Of a DNA stretch of 30,889 nucleotides, positions 15,932 to 25,342 are shown piece by piece; position 1 is the stretch's first letter; the number at the start of each line of letters is the position of its first letter. The position numbers and the translations under genes are program-made. The notes beneath the pieces were generated by a model. The model ran no database searches. It was not told the DNA's origin and was given only the letters and a program-made list of their open reading frames with translations. Source of the DNA: a virus (lineage: Duplodnaviria > Heunggongvirae > Uroviricota > Caudoviricetes). The stretch is taken from the IMG/VR virus record IMGVR_UViG_3300031134_000466. One strand, given 5' to 3'.

Positions 15932-16573
15932 ATGTTAGACGACAGGCTAAAACTGTACACCCCTAAAGAAGTCAGAGAAATGCTGGCTTCTGATCGTAGA
16001 CTGTATGGAACTCCATACCCATTTCCTCATCCCCGAGCAAAAATCACTGCTGATGACGACGGGAAGATGAAAGGACTAATAACAGAGCATGCTGTTGCCA
16101 ATTTGCTCAACCTGTTGATCTTTGACTATAAAGACTTATATGTTTTTCATTCAATCGGAAACTACGGGGATGAAGATGGAGAAACAGACAACATTTTGAT
16201 CTACCAGAACACGCTTATCATCATTGAAGCCAAATCTTTATCCAATTTTGATTCAGTATCAATTGATACTGATGGGAAAATGTATGGCCGCAGGGGTAAG
16301 AAGAAAATAGCTTTAGGTGGTCACAACAATCTCGTCAAGAAAGTATCCGCATTTCGTGAAAGATACCCTTTCATGAAAGTTTATGGTTTCTATGTAGTAC
16401 GTCAAGCTCAAAAGACAGGTAGCTCTTATTCAGGTTTGTATGTGTCTACGTTAGAAAAGATACTCAACGAAACAAGTCTTGTCTTGGATAACGCAAAGAC
16501 ACCAACAAGCTCTACGGCTGTCTTGCTAAAAGAAACGATGGATCACTGTATCCGACATGAAGTAGTTAACTGA
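15932..16573 (+). CDS. NERD-like PD-(D/E)XK nuclease domain protein
   Basis: TEHAVANLL...YVFHSI...ETDNILIYQNTLIIIEAKS; ATG 15932 with AAGGA SD preferred over track start 15890; CCGATA at 15900-15905. Confidence 0.7.
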   Translation: MLDDRLKLYTPKEVREMLASDRRLYGTPYPFPHPRAKITADDDGKMKGLITEHAVANLLNLLIFDYKDLYVFHSIGNYGDEDGETDNILIYQNTLIIIEAKSLSNFDSVSIDTDGKMYGRRGKKKIALGGHNNLVKKVSAFRERYPFMKVYGFYVVRQAQKTGSSYSGLYVSTLEKILNETSLVLDNAKTPTSSTAVLLKETMDHCIRHEVVN

Positions 16574-16635
16574 AACAAATCACAAAATGCTGTTACAGTA
16601 CACAGTTGTAACGGTAAAAGAAAAAGGAAACGAAT

Positions 16636-17121
16636 ATGCTGGTAGATGCTCTCTTAGGCAAGGACAATGAAGCAGGTCTTGCTGGGGTTTCTTTTATGAA
16701 AGCCTACTGCGATCCGAACAAAAAACTTGAACGAATGGTTGATGTTCTGGGTGTCATGTCTGTTGAAGAACTAATCAAAGGTCTGGTGTTTGTTTCAGGC
16801 GTGCTGTCCACCCTGATTACAGGTGATAGCAACGCGAAGAGAATGTATGGTGTACTTCGAGCTAACCTTGTATCACCTGAAGGTAACCTTTCAGGAACAG
16901 AGACTGAACTCATGAACCTTCTTGACGCTTCTGAAGACAGCACTCCAGGGAAGCTTTTCCTGAAGTTGTACAGTCTAACTGAGCCAGTTGAAATGCTGGG
17001 GATGTTAGCTGCTCTGAACTTTACTCTGATGAAAAACCCTGTTTTTGAGTCGACTCCCATGGAGACATTAGAATCTCTTCGTAACAGCCTACTTGATGAC
17101 TACATCAACAAAAAACAGTGA
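16636..17121 (+). CDS. Hypothetical protein
   Basis: 161-aa ORF with AAAGGA SD and TGT-TACAGT extended -10 upstream. Confidence 0.7.
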   Translation: MLVDALLGKDNEAGLAGVSFMKAYCDPNKKLERMVDVLGVMSVEELIKGLVFVSGVLSTLITGDSNAKRMYGVLRANLVSPEGNLSGTETELMNLLDASEDSTPGKLFLKLYSLTEPVEMLGMLAALNFTLMKNPVFESTPMETLESLRNSLLDDYINKKQ

Positions 17122-17130
17122 CGTTTTTCA

Positions 17131-17138
17131 GTTAGGAA
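17131..17138 (+). promoter_or_regulatory. GTTAGRNA-N6-ATG leaderless motif
   Basis: GTTAGGAA-cactcc-ATG(17145). Confidence 0.45.
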
Positions 17139-17144
17139 CACTCC

Positions 17145-17945
17145 ATGAAGAATGTCCGCTGTCAAGCCCGCACTCCAGGGCACTGCCGCGACCCACGTTG
17201 TCCTGAGAAAAATCATCTAAAAGAAATCTTCGACAAGGCTTTGTTGGATGAAGACTATCAGACAATGTTTGCGGTGAAAGAGGAGATGGATCGTTTCAAG
17301 CCAATCGGGGTTTACCCTGCTTCCAACGCAGAAGAATGGGACCAGTTAGTCCTGTCAGACGACACTACAAATGAACAAATAACTGTAGGAATTACTCCTG
17401 AGAAAACATCTCATCAGTACGACCTGAAAACAGTTCCATCTTTCTCATCCTACTCAGATATCCAGAAGTTTTTTACACAAGACCCTAATGTTGTTCTACT
17501 TCTGGGCGCGACTCTATATAATAGCCCTGTTGCTGGCCATACAGTAAAAGAGTTTTATGTCTCACCTGGCTTGAGAGGTCAAGGTGTGGGTGGATGGATT
17601 ATGGGCATCCTAACAAAGCATGCAGATGATAATAACAGCATGCTTTTTCTCACTCCAACTTCGGCTGGAGATAAGAAGATAGACACTCGACATCCGCAGT
17701 ATGAAACTAAAGCTTTAGCTCATAGAGAGCGACTTACGCGTTTCTACCAAAAGAACGGTTTCCAGCAAAATCCATTCTGGATTCCAATTGGATGGAAGGA
17801 TGAGTTGACCCAAAAACCTTGGCAGTTGGATGAGCAAGAGATGAGCAAATTTACTAGCCAAGGCAAAACTTATTTAGGTTCACCTCAGACGCCTCAGCTG
17901 GTTAGACTTCCTCACGGTAAGTGGCCTGAAAGCTTCCAAAAGTAG
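17145..17945 (+). CDS. GNAT-family acetyltransferase with N-terminal Cys tag (paralog of 27941..28780)
   Basis: Acetyl-CoA motif VSPGLRGQGVG, RLTRFYQKNGF; N-terminus CQARTPGHCRDPRCPE. Confidence 0.8.
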   Translation: MKNVRCQARTPGHCRDPRCPEKNHLKEIFDKALLDEDYQTMFAVKEEMDRFKPIGVYPASNAEEWDQLVLSDDTTNEQITVGITPEKTSHQYDLKTVPSFSSYSDIQKFFTQDPNVVLLLGATLYNSPVAGHTVKEFYVSPGLRGQGVGGWIMGILTKHADDNNSMLFLTPTSAGDKKIDTRHPQYETKALAHRERLTRFYQKNGFQQNPFWIPIGWKDELTQKPWQLDEQEMSKFTSQGKTYLGSPQTPQLVRLPHGKWPESFQK

Positions 17946-18091
17946 CCAGAGAGGCTCTTAGCGGCCATCTGAGGAGGTTTTACTGCTTCTGCTTCCACCG
18001 AGCCATTCCTACTGCTTGAAGCGATTACAAGGCGTTCTACAGAGGTAGGAATAAAATGAGTTAGGATGAGATGTCTTGATATAATAAGGGT

Positions 18092-19099
18092 ATGGAAAAA
18101 GTTGCTGATGTTCACAGAGATGCTGTCTTAGCATCTTTGCCTGAAATGGCAGTTCTTCCAGAAGACCTTCAAACTGAGATTACTCAAATCTTAGCATCTT
18201 ACGATAGTTTTTACTCTTCTGTAATCGCAAAACTGTCAGACTTGACAAAGAAGAATTGGACTGCCACTCGTTATTCGAGCAGTCATGGCATATCTGCTGC
18301 AGCTGTTGGAATCAATCACGAAATCAACGAACTGCGAGCTCACGCAGCCACAACTAAGATTTTCCCCACAGACATTCTCACTGTAGAACACTATGGAGGA
18401 GCTAACTCCCAGAAGAATGACCTTGAAGTTTTCGTCAAAGGCGAAACAGAGCCTTTCTTTGCTGTTGAAGTAAAGTCATACCAGGCTCAGTTGGGTCAAA
18501 TCATTCTAACTACAGAGGGCAAGCCTCGAACAGATAGCTTACTGGAAAACTATATCAGTCAAATTTCTCAGTCTCGTTTAGTGGTCACTCCTGAAGTAGA
18601 AAATTTTGTAACCAGAGCTTGGCTGGCTAAGAAATTTGTCAACCAGAAAATTGCCTTTGTTGCTGTACCCTACAGAGAAAAAGTGACATTGTTCAGCCTT
18701 TTTGACTTACATTTCCTCAGAGATGTTTCTTTGACTATTCAAAAAGTGAGGCTGAAAAAGTCAGGTTCCAGCAATGTTCCATTGAGAGACAAAGTAGAGG
18801 TGTCTCAAATTTTGGCAGCTTCTATTCCTTCTTTAGTCGGAGTTGTTGATTATGACTTGGATAAGCTCACAGTAACACTGACTCGGACACAGTATGACAA
18901 GATGGCATTGTCAGAAAAATATCTTTCTGACACATGGTTTTTAGGTCGTAAAAGTAGCAACACTGCAGACAATCCTGAACACATCATGCTAACAGTCAAA
19001 AAGCTATCATCCGCTGATTTGCCTAACGCTCATACCCAGCATGTGATGATGTCTTTGAGATACAAACCAACTCCAATTAAACCGATAGCTAACCCATGA
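18092..19099 (+). CDS. Putative type II restriction endonuclease (PD-(D/E)XK)
   Basis: KNDLEV...AVEVKSY catalytic-like motif; ATGA-coupled to a C5-MTase; leaderless TGA-TATAAT-N6-ATG. Confidence 0.55.
   Translation: MEKVADVHRDAVLASLPEMAVLPEDLQTEITQILASYDSFYSSVIAKLSDLTKKNWTATRYSSSHGISAAAVGINHEINELRAHAATTKIFPTDILTVEHYGGANSQKNDLEVFVKGETEPFFAVEVKSYQAQLGQIILTTEGKPRTDSLLENYISQISQSRLVVTPEVENFVTRAWLAKKFVNQKIAFVAVPYREKVTLFSLFDLHFLRDVSLTIQKVRLKKSGSSNVPLRDKVEVSQILAASIPSLVGVVDYDLDKLTVTLTRTQYDKMALSEKYLSDTWFLGRKSSNTADNPEHIMLTVKKLSSADLPNAHTQHVMMSLRYKPTPIKPIANP
19082..19087 (+). promoter_or_regulatory. CCGATA motif inside the endonuclease 3' end, leaderless spacing to the MTase
   Basis: CCGATA-N8-ATG(19096). 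Confidence 0.5.
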
Positions 19100-20067
19100 C
19101 TGACCTTACCTTTATAGACCTTTTTGCCGGCATTGGCGGTAACCATATTGCGTTGGAACGCAATGGATTTGAGTCTGTGTACACTTCAGAATGGGACAAA
19201 AACTGTTCTGTTGTTCTTTTCAATAACTATGGTGTTGAAGTGAACGGAGACATCACTAAGATCGATGAAACAAGCGTTCCTGACCACACGCTACTCTCCG
19301 CTGGCTTTCCATGCCAGGCTTTTAGTATCTCAGGTAAGCGTTTGGGATTTGAAGATACTCGTGGAACACTCTTCTTTGATGTAGCTCGCATCATCAAAGA
19401 AAAGCGACCTCCCTTGGTTCTGCTGGAAAATGTCCGTAATTTTGCTTCACATGATGGAGGAAGAACTTTAGAGGTTGTCCGTACTACAATGGAACAACTG
19501 GGATACACTTTCACTCATCAGCTGTACAATGCTTCTGACTTTGGAGTACCTCAAAACAGGCAGAGAGTGTTTATGGCTGCTATTCGAGAAGACATAAAAG
19601 ACACTCCATTTGTATTCCCCGAACCTCCTCACACTGCTGTCTCTTTGAGAGATGTACTATTACCACCAGAAGAAGTCGAAGATTTAGTCATCACTCATCG
19701 CAATGACATTGTTCTAAATCAGGCGGCCATTGACAAAGCCGTAGCTGTAAACAAACCAATCCGAGTGGGACATCTGGGTAAAGGTGGTCAAGGTGAAAGA
19801 ATTTACTCAGATTTAGGTCATGCTATTACTCTTTCAGCTTACGGTGGAGGCGTTGGGGCGAAAACAGGTTTGTACTACACAGCAGGCGTGAACGGTGACA
19901 TGATTGTTCGTAAACTTCACCCTCGTGAATGTGCTAGACTTCAAGGATTCCCTGAGACTTTCCAGCTCCCAAATTCCAGAACCCAAGCATGGCAGCAGTT
20001 TGGTAACAGCGTTCCTGTCCCTATTGTGGAGTCAGTGACTAAAGCTATGCTGCGTCATATCAGCTGA
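19096..20067 (+). CDS. DNA (cytosine-5) methyltransferase, M.HhaI-like (predicted GCGC)
   Basis: FAGIGG, GFPCQAFS, ENV, QNRQRVF, GNS motifs; target-recognition region GKGGQGERIY...AITLSAYGGG..AKTG closely matches M.HhaI. Confidence 0.92.
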   Translation: MTDLTFIDLFAGIGGNHIALERNGFESVYTSEWDKNCSVVLFNNYGVEVNGDITKIDETSVPDHTLLSAGFPCQAFSISGKRLGFEDTRGTLFFDVARIIKEKRPPLVLLENVRNFASHDGGRTLEVVRTTMEQLGYTFTHQLYNASDFGVPQNRQRVFMAAIREDIKDTPFVFPEPPHTAVSLRDVLLPPEEVEDLVITHRNDIVLNQAAIDKAVAVNKPIRVGHLGKGGQGERIYSDLGHAITLSAYGGGVGAKTGLYYTAGVNGDMIVRKLHPRECARLQGFPETFQLPNSRTQAWQQFGNSVPVPIVESVTKAMLRHIS

Positions 20068-21506
20068 TGAAAAGCAAACTACAGAAATTTCTGACCTTAG
20101 CATTCAACGGCACACCTTTCATAGCGTTAGTGCTGATTTTTATCACAGGAGTCAGCCTTTTCAGGGCATCGTTTTTGCCTGAAGTTGACATTCTCTGGGG
20201 AGCTCGCAATGGAGGAGACCTGCTCCGTAACGGAGTAACTCTATTCACCCCCGACACTTGGAACGCCATTACATTAGGTGAGGAATGGGCGCCGAATTCA
20301 TGGTTATGGAATGTTGTTCTGTACGCCAGTTTTACAGCATTTGGAACAGCTGGCTTCTTCATCCTCACAGCTGTAACTAACTTCCTGACATACCTATGTT
20401 TTTGGTTGACACTAAAAGCATCACGCTTGACTCCAACATGGCAATTCATAGGCTTGTTTCTAATCTGGGCTGTTACCGTCCAATTTTTGAACGGTCGTTC
20501 TAATACTGTCGATTTCCTCATCCTTGGAGTGTTTTTATTAGGGGTAGGAAAGCTACGGACTGTAACAAAGTTGCCTCTCAAAGTAGGCTTGTACTCTCTG
20601 CTTTCATTCGTGATAACCGCACTATGGATGAATCTTCACCTGACTGCATTAGCAGCCATCGCCGTGTTCCCAGCTGTTGTCTACATTCATCATTACAATT
20701 ACGTTTTCAAAAAGAAGGTTCTTTTCGCTGCTGCTGCTTTCGTAGGAGTGCTTTTAGCTATCCCTCTGACTCCCTTCGGCATAAAAGGTCTGGTGAAGGT
20801 TTCACAAGTAACCAACGAATCGAAAGACTTTTTCATCGAATGGTCTAACGTTTTCGCTACAGGAACACCCAACTGGGCTGTCATTGCGGTAGTTGTTTTC
20901 GGAGCTATTATGGCGTTAGTTGCTCTGCAGCATAAACAGTGGATTATTGCTGCCATGCTCGTAGTGTTATGCTACTTCGCTTTCGACATAATAAGATTCA
21001 CTCCTTTCCTGCTTATCTTCATTCTTGCTTCTTTACGCATGGTAAACAGATGGAAATTACCATATCGAAGATATGTTCAGACGGTAACAATTTTGGTTAC
21101 TGTCGCAATGTTAGGGGTGGGAATTTACTCTACAGTCAAAGCTACAACAGACTGGAACAGTATTCTTCCTGTTGACCCTGCCAGCTTCTCCGACATCCCT
21201 CCAAACGCGGTAGTAGCAACAGACCAAGATAGCGGAGGAACTCTACTTCTTTACCGTCCAGATGTGCACGTAACGTTGGATGGAAGGAACGATTTGATGG
21301 GTAAAGAACGATTCATTGAATCTTCCAACATCTTATTCTCTGATGATTTGAATAACATCGAAGACTGGCTCCAAGAATATGATGTGGATACTGTGTTTGT
21401 TGAAGACCCAGAATCTTACAACTCTATTGTAGAGAATATGGATGAATTAGGTTGGCAAAAATTTGAAGGAAAACATTCTCTTACTTTCCTTCAACCCAAA
21501 AAGTAA
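20067..21506 (+). CDS. Polytopic membrane protein, GT-C glycosyltransferase-like
   Basis: About 10-12 TM helices, first loop D..W...G...D.W....G..W...WL, C-terminal soluble GG.L....V.LDGR.D; start overlaps the MTase stop. Confidence 0.55.
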   Translation: MKSKLQKFLTLAFNGTPFIALVLIFITGVSLFRASFLPEVDILWGARNGGDLLRNGVTLFTPDTWNAITLGEEWAPNSWLWNVVLYASFTAFGTAGFFILTAVTNFLTYLCFWLTLKASRLTPTWQFIGLFLIWAVTVQFLNGRSNTVDFLILGVFLLGVGKLRTVTKLPLKVGLYSLLSFVITALWMNLHLTALAAIAVFPAVVYIHHYNYVFKKKVLFAAAAFVGVLLAIPLTPFGIKGLVKVSQVTNESKDFFIEWSNVFATGTPNWAVIAVVVFGAIMALVALQHKQWIIAAMLVVLCYFAFDIIRFTPFLLIFILASLRMVNRWKLPYRRYVQTVTILVTVAMLGVGIYSTVKATTDWNSILPVDPASFSDIPPNAVVATDQDSGGTLLLYRPDVHVTLDGRNDLMGKERFIESSNILFSDDLNNIEDWLQEYDVDTVFVEDPESYNSIVENMDELGWQKFEGKHSLTFLQPKK

Positions 21507-21589
21507 GAACACTGTATTCATTTAGTTGTCCTGGTTGGTTTTGGTAGTAGTAAACCGATTTCTATGAGGTATACCGAAAAAGGATTGAC

Positions 21590-22189
21590 ATGACTGTTGT
21601 AATTACACCAAACCAATTAGCTGCCAGAGACAATAGAGCTCCCTCGCCTGCTGTAAAAATGGACGGGTCCCAATTTGAGTGGCGTATGTTCTATGATTCA
21701 AACCGTTTAGTTGCTGACTGCGAAACAACAGAAGATGCTTTGGGAGTCCTCATCACTGGATACGCTGCTCTATCTGCTGAGGACAAACTACAAGCTCGAA
21801 TCAATTTAGCTCAGACAGTGCAGCTCAAAGCACGCACCATGATTGCATCTCGCATTACTCCAGAAACAGCAGAGAAGCTGAAAGACTGGGAATGGGAAGT
21901 TCTTACAAGTGCTGGAGATACTTATGGCTGGGGTTTGGGAGAAGGAACATTAGGAACAATCAAGAATGATGAAGTTATTGATTTCTGGTTCTCTGACCTT
22001 CCTCTTGTACTTGTAACCACATCATATGCACCGCATACTGAAATTCCTCGACCAATCTCCAAAGAAGGAGATTATGAAGAGGTCAAGAACCTGATTTGGC
22101 TACGCCCTGAGTACGAGCTTGATTTTCTCCGTTCATTATCTCGTATTGGTTACATTGCTTTCGGAACTGCTCAGAATGTAGTTAACTGA
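21590..22189 (+). CDS. Hypothetical protein
   Basis: 199-aa ORF with AAAGGA SD; near-motif CCGATT at 21555. Confidence 0.75.
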   Translation: MTVVITPNQLAARDNRAPSPAVKMDGSQFEWRMFYDSNRLVADCETTEDALGVLITGYAALSAEDKLQARINLAQTVQLKARTMIASRITPETAEKLKDWEWEVLTSAGDTYGWGLGEGTLGTIKNDEVIDFWFSDLPLVLVTTSYAPHTEIPRPISKEGDYEEVKNLIWLRPEYELDFLRSLSRIGYIAFGTAQNVVN

Positions 22190-22222
22190 ACCATCTGGCA
22201 AAGGACAAAGTAGGGTTTGTCC

Positions 22223-22235
22223 CCGATAGCTATAA
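22223..22235 (+). promoter_or_regulatory. CCGATA-N2-TATAA promoter motif
   Basis: CCGATAgcTATAA starting 37 nt before ATG 22260. Confidence 0.6.
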
Positions 22236-22259
22236 AGAAGAAAATGAGCAAGGGAAAAT

Positions 22260-25200
22260 ATGTGTAATGCAGTTCGTGACGGTGGACGCCGTTGCCCAAT
22301 CCATCAGCACACCAGTATCGCTGGTATTCGTGCAGTCGTAGCCGCCACTGGTCTGCAGCGTCGTCAGGTAGAGAATACCTTCCGCGAACTTCGCAGAGAA
22401 GGAGCGGATATTACAGAAATCTCTCCAGAAGCCCGCCAGCAAGCAATTGACAGCCTCCGGGTTGTTGCTGAAGAAGCTAATGATCTGACCGCGTATGAAC
22501 GTCAGATGAGAATTGCTGACCGTTGGAACGAAGAACCTGACCAGGCTACATCCTATGCTCTAACGCATTTGGTTGAGATTTCCAAAAGAAAAGCCGAAGC
22601 TCTCAAAGCTGAACTACAATCTGTTGCTGACCGCACAGGTTACACTCTTGAAGAAGTTCAAGCTAAGTACTATGAAGAGTATGATGCTGTCCCTACCGGT
22701 AACAACGTAGAAATGCCGGCAGAACACACTGCTGCAGCAACTCAGCGTCAAAGAAGAGCAGGTCTTCCTTATGACCGTTCCTCTGTTGTTGCGTTAGAGC
22801 GTGTACGTACTCTTGTTTCTCCTGATAACCGTCAGGCTCGCATTGAGAACCACGAACCAATCAACAGTACTAACTTAGCTTTTGTCGGTTACCATGAAGG
22901 CCGTTTGGAAGTCTCTTTCCAGCATGAACCAGAAACCTTCTATGCTTACCAGAACGTACCTGAAGCGTTGTATGAACGATTGCGTTCAGCACAGCGTCCA
23001 GGTTCTGTGTACAGCAGAAGCATCAGAGGAAACTCTGAATATACCTATGACAGTCCTGAAGCAGCTGAAGCAGACGGATATGTGTTACGTTGTGCTTCTT
23101 GTGGACAATTCCGAGCTCAGCGACACAACTGCCCAGAAAGAGCAGCTCGAAACAACTTAGCTGCTTTCGGAACTCCTGCAGAGAACATTCAAGAAGCCCT
23201 GGATGCTGGAGTGTCTCCTGAGGTTCCTGAAGCTGCTTTCGTAGTAGAAGACTTAACACGTGTTGATTATGCTCCGTCTGCTTCAGAACAAGAAGTTGCT
23301 GAGTATGTGGCCAGTGCAGACTTCCAGGAGAGACTGCCATTTGGTACAGCATCAACTTCTCAGGCTCCAGACGGAACTATCCGCCATGTCGTGAACTTAG
23401 GTGAAGAATTTACTGAGCGTGAGACATTCAGAGCTCACACTGGCAGTATGCAGAACCGTAGACCTTCTACATTCACCCGCACTTTCTTCGATAGAGAAAA
23501 TCCTACTGCTGAAGAACTTGAGGTAATGATTGAAACTCGTGATGCGTTCAATGCTTTGTCAACTGTGACAACTTTGCATTACATCAACGTAGTCCGAGAC
23601 AATTTGCACCGCGCTGACTTCTCAATGCCTGTTTCTGCAGAATTCAACCGAATTACTTCACCTGATACTGCTAACAGAATGTTGCCATCAAGCACTGTCT
23701 CTGGAACCATCCAGATTGGCCGTTTAGCTGAAGGCGAAACTCTTGAAGACGCTATTATTCGTGAACGCCACCTGAAATGTACTTGTGCTGATTATCAGGA
23801 AAACTACGACTGTGTTCATGTGCGTGCAACTGCCCGTAACCCTTATGTGTTCTTGACCAACCGTAGCCGTCGTTTTGTTGAAGGGGAGCATTACACTTCT
23901 TACATCAACCGTCATTCTGTTGCTGTTCAGGACGAAGAACGTATTCGTAACCGTATGCGTACCGCTGGTGTTGACCGTGCAAGAGCTATCGAGTTAGCTG
24001 AAGAAGAGCGTGCTGAGCAGCAGAGACAACGTGAAGAGCAGGAACGTTACTACCGTGCTTCTCAGGCTGAACGTGAACGAATCAACATGGAACGTGGTTT
24101 GCGTGAAGCTGAAACTTTGCGTACACGAAATGCTACTGTCGTAGCTGCCAGCGATGAGTACCGTACTCGTATGATGGCTCGTTGGGAAGAAGAAGAGCCT
24201 GGTTACACTGGGAACGTCGACGCTTTGTACGAAGACTACCGTGAAACTCTACGTCGCAAGCGTGCTGGTGAAGAGTACATGGATTTCCGTACAGAAAACG
24301 TCACTGATGGTATTTGTGCTGATGAGCCTGGTGCTCGTGCGTTTGGTATCGAACTTGAGTTCGACATTGGAAGTGGTCATAACCGTTCTACATCATTACG
24401 CAAAATTGCTGAAGAACTCTACGAAGCTGGTTTAACTGAAGAGAACTACCAGCAGGAGTACCACTCTGCTCGTGCAAGCGGCTGGGGTGCTTGGTCCTTC
24501 GAAGAAGATTGTACTGTTCATGGTGAGTTGGTTTCACCGATTATGAAGGACACTCCTGAACATTGGAATCAGTTGAAGACAGCTTTGGAGATTATTACTC
24601 GTAACGGTGGGGTTGCTACTACTCGTACTGGTTCTCACGTTCATATTTCTACTGCATCTTACGAGTCTTCTCCTGCGAAGCATCTTGAGCTGTTACGTCA
24701 GGTGAACCAGAATGATGAAATGATGTACCGTTTGGCAACCGACCCTGCACGTGGTAGCCACCGTGGTATGCGTTGGTGTGCACCTAACGTAAACGATACA
24801 AGTGAAACTGTTTCTGCTGATGTGTCAAGTAGTCATAACGTTTTGGGTAGCCATATGTCTCACAGCTATGCTATGAACTTCGAAGGCACCTACTCATCTG
24901 ACTACAGCCGTTCCAACATTGAATTCCGTATGTGGGATGCTACTCTGGATGCTGCCGTGATTCAGCGACAGATTATGGTTTCAGCAGCAATGACTGACCA
25001 GGCTGAACGTAACGTAATCAACAACGGTGAATCAGCTCGTCCGACAGCTTCTCGTTCGCGTATTGGTGCAGCTCGTACAGCTGAGCGTACTTTGTTAGGT
25101 ACAAGTCGTACTCATACACGCGAAACTTTCGAGCAGTCAATGGGTTCAGCTCCTCAGTTCTTTGATGGATTGTTCCGTCGACAGGAAGACCGCCAGAGAG

Positions 25201-25283
25201 TTGCTTCATTGTTTGCTGTTACCAACTGGCAAAACTACAATGACAGTTACGATGATGATGACGATGATGACGGTTACTACTGA
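22260..25283 (+). CDS. Multidomain protein: Cys tag - KTSC - Zn ribbon - SWIM - coiled coil - amidoligase (COOH-NH2 ligase type 2)
   Basis: MCNAVRDGGRRC; KTSC (STNLAFVGY...LEVSF...YAYQNVPEALYERL...PGSVY); CASCGQF...HNCP; SWIM CTC...CVHV; amidoligase RAFGIELEF, GELVSP, GSHVHIS, EFRMWDATL; poly-Asp tail. Confidence 0.8.
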   Translation: MCNAVRDGGRRCPIHQHTSIAGIRAVVAATGLQRRQVENTFRELRREGADITEISPEARQQAIDSLRVVAEEANDLTAYERQMRIADRWNEEPDQATSYALTHLVEISKRKAEALKAELQSVADRTGYTLEEVQAKYYEEYDAVPTGNNVEMPAEHTAAATQRQRRAGLPYDRSSVVALERVRTLVSPDNRQARIENHEPINSTNLAFVGYHEGRLEVSFQHEPETFYAYQNVPEALYERLRSAQRPGSVYSRSIRGNSEYTYDSPEAAEADGYVLRCASCGQFRAQRHNCPERAARNNLAAFGTPAENIQEALDAGVSPEVPEAAFVVEDLTRVDYAPSASEQEVAEYVASADFQERLPFGTASTSQAPDGTIRHVVNLGEEFTERETFRAHTGSMQNRRPSTFTRTFFDRENPTAEELEVMIETRDAFNALSTVTTLHYINVVRDNLHRADFSMPVSAEFNRITSPDTANRMLPSSTVSGTIQIGRLAEGETLEDAIIRERHLKCTCADYQENYDCVHVRATARNPYVFLTNRSRRFVEGEHYTSYINRHSVAVQDEERIRNRMRTAGVDRARAIELAEEERAEQQRQREEQERYYRASQAERERINMERGLREAETLRTRNATVVAASDEYRTRMMARWEEEEPGYTGNVDALYEDYRETLRRKRAGEEYMDFRTENVTDGICADEPGARAFGIELEFDIGSGHNRSTSLRKIAEELYEAGLTEENYQQEYHSARASGWGAWSFEEDCTVHGELVSPIMKDTPEHWNQLKTALEIITRNGGVATTRTGSHVHISTASYESSPAKHLELLRQVNQNDEMMYRLATDPARGSHRGMRWCAPNVNDTSETVSADVSSSHNVLGSHMSHSYAMNFEGTYSSDYSRSNIEFRMWDATLDAAVIQRQIMVSAAMTDQAERNVINNGESARPTASRSRIGAARTAERTLLGTSRTHTRETFEQSMGSAPQFFDGLFRRQEDRQRVASLFAVTNWQNYNDSYDDDDDDDGYY

Positions 25284-25297
25284 GTCTCATAGTTAGT

Positions 25298-25331
25298 AAA
25301 AAGGCCCTGACAAATATGTCAGGGCCTTTTT
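25298..25331. terminator. Bidirectional intrinsic terminator
   Basis: AAAAAGGCCCTGACA-aata-TGTCAGGGCCTTTTT between convergent genes. Confidence 0.85.
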
Positions 25332-25342
25332 GTTTCACTTAT

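Noticed and set aside
25251-25272. GAT/GAC trinucleotide run as a microsatellite or contingency locus
   Set aside because: Imperfect, in frame, and encodes the poly-Asp tail; no phase-variation signature.
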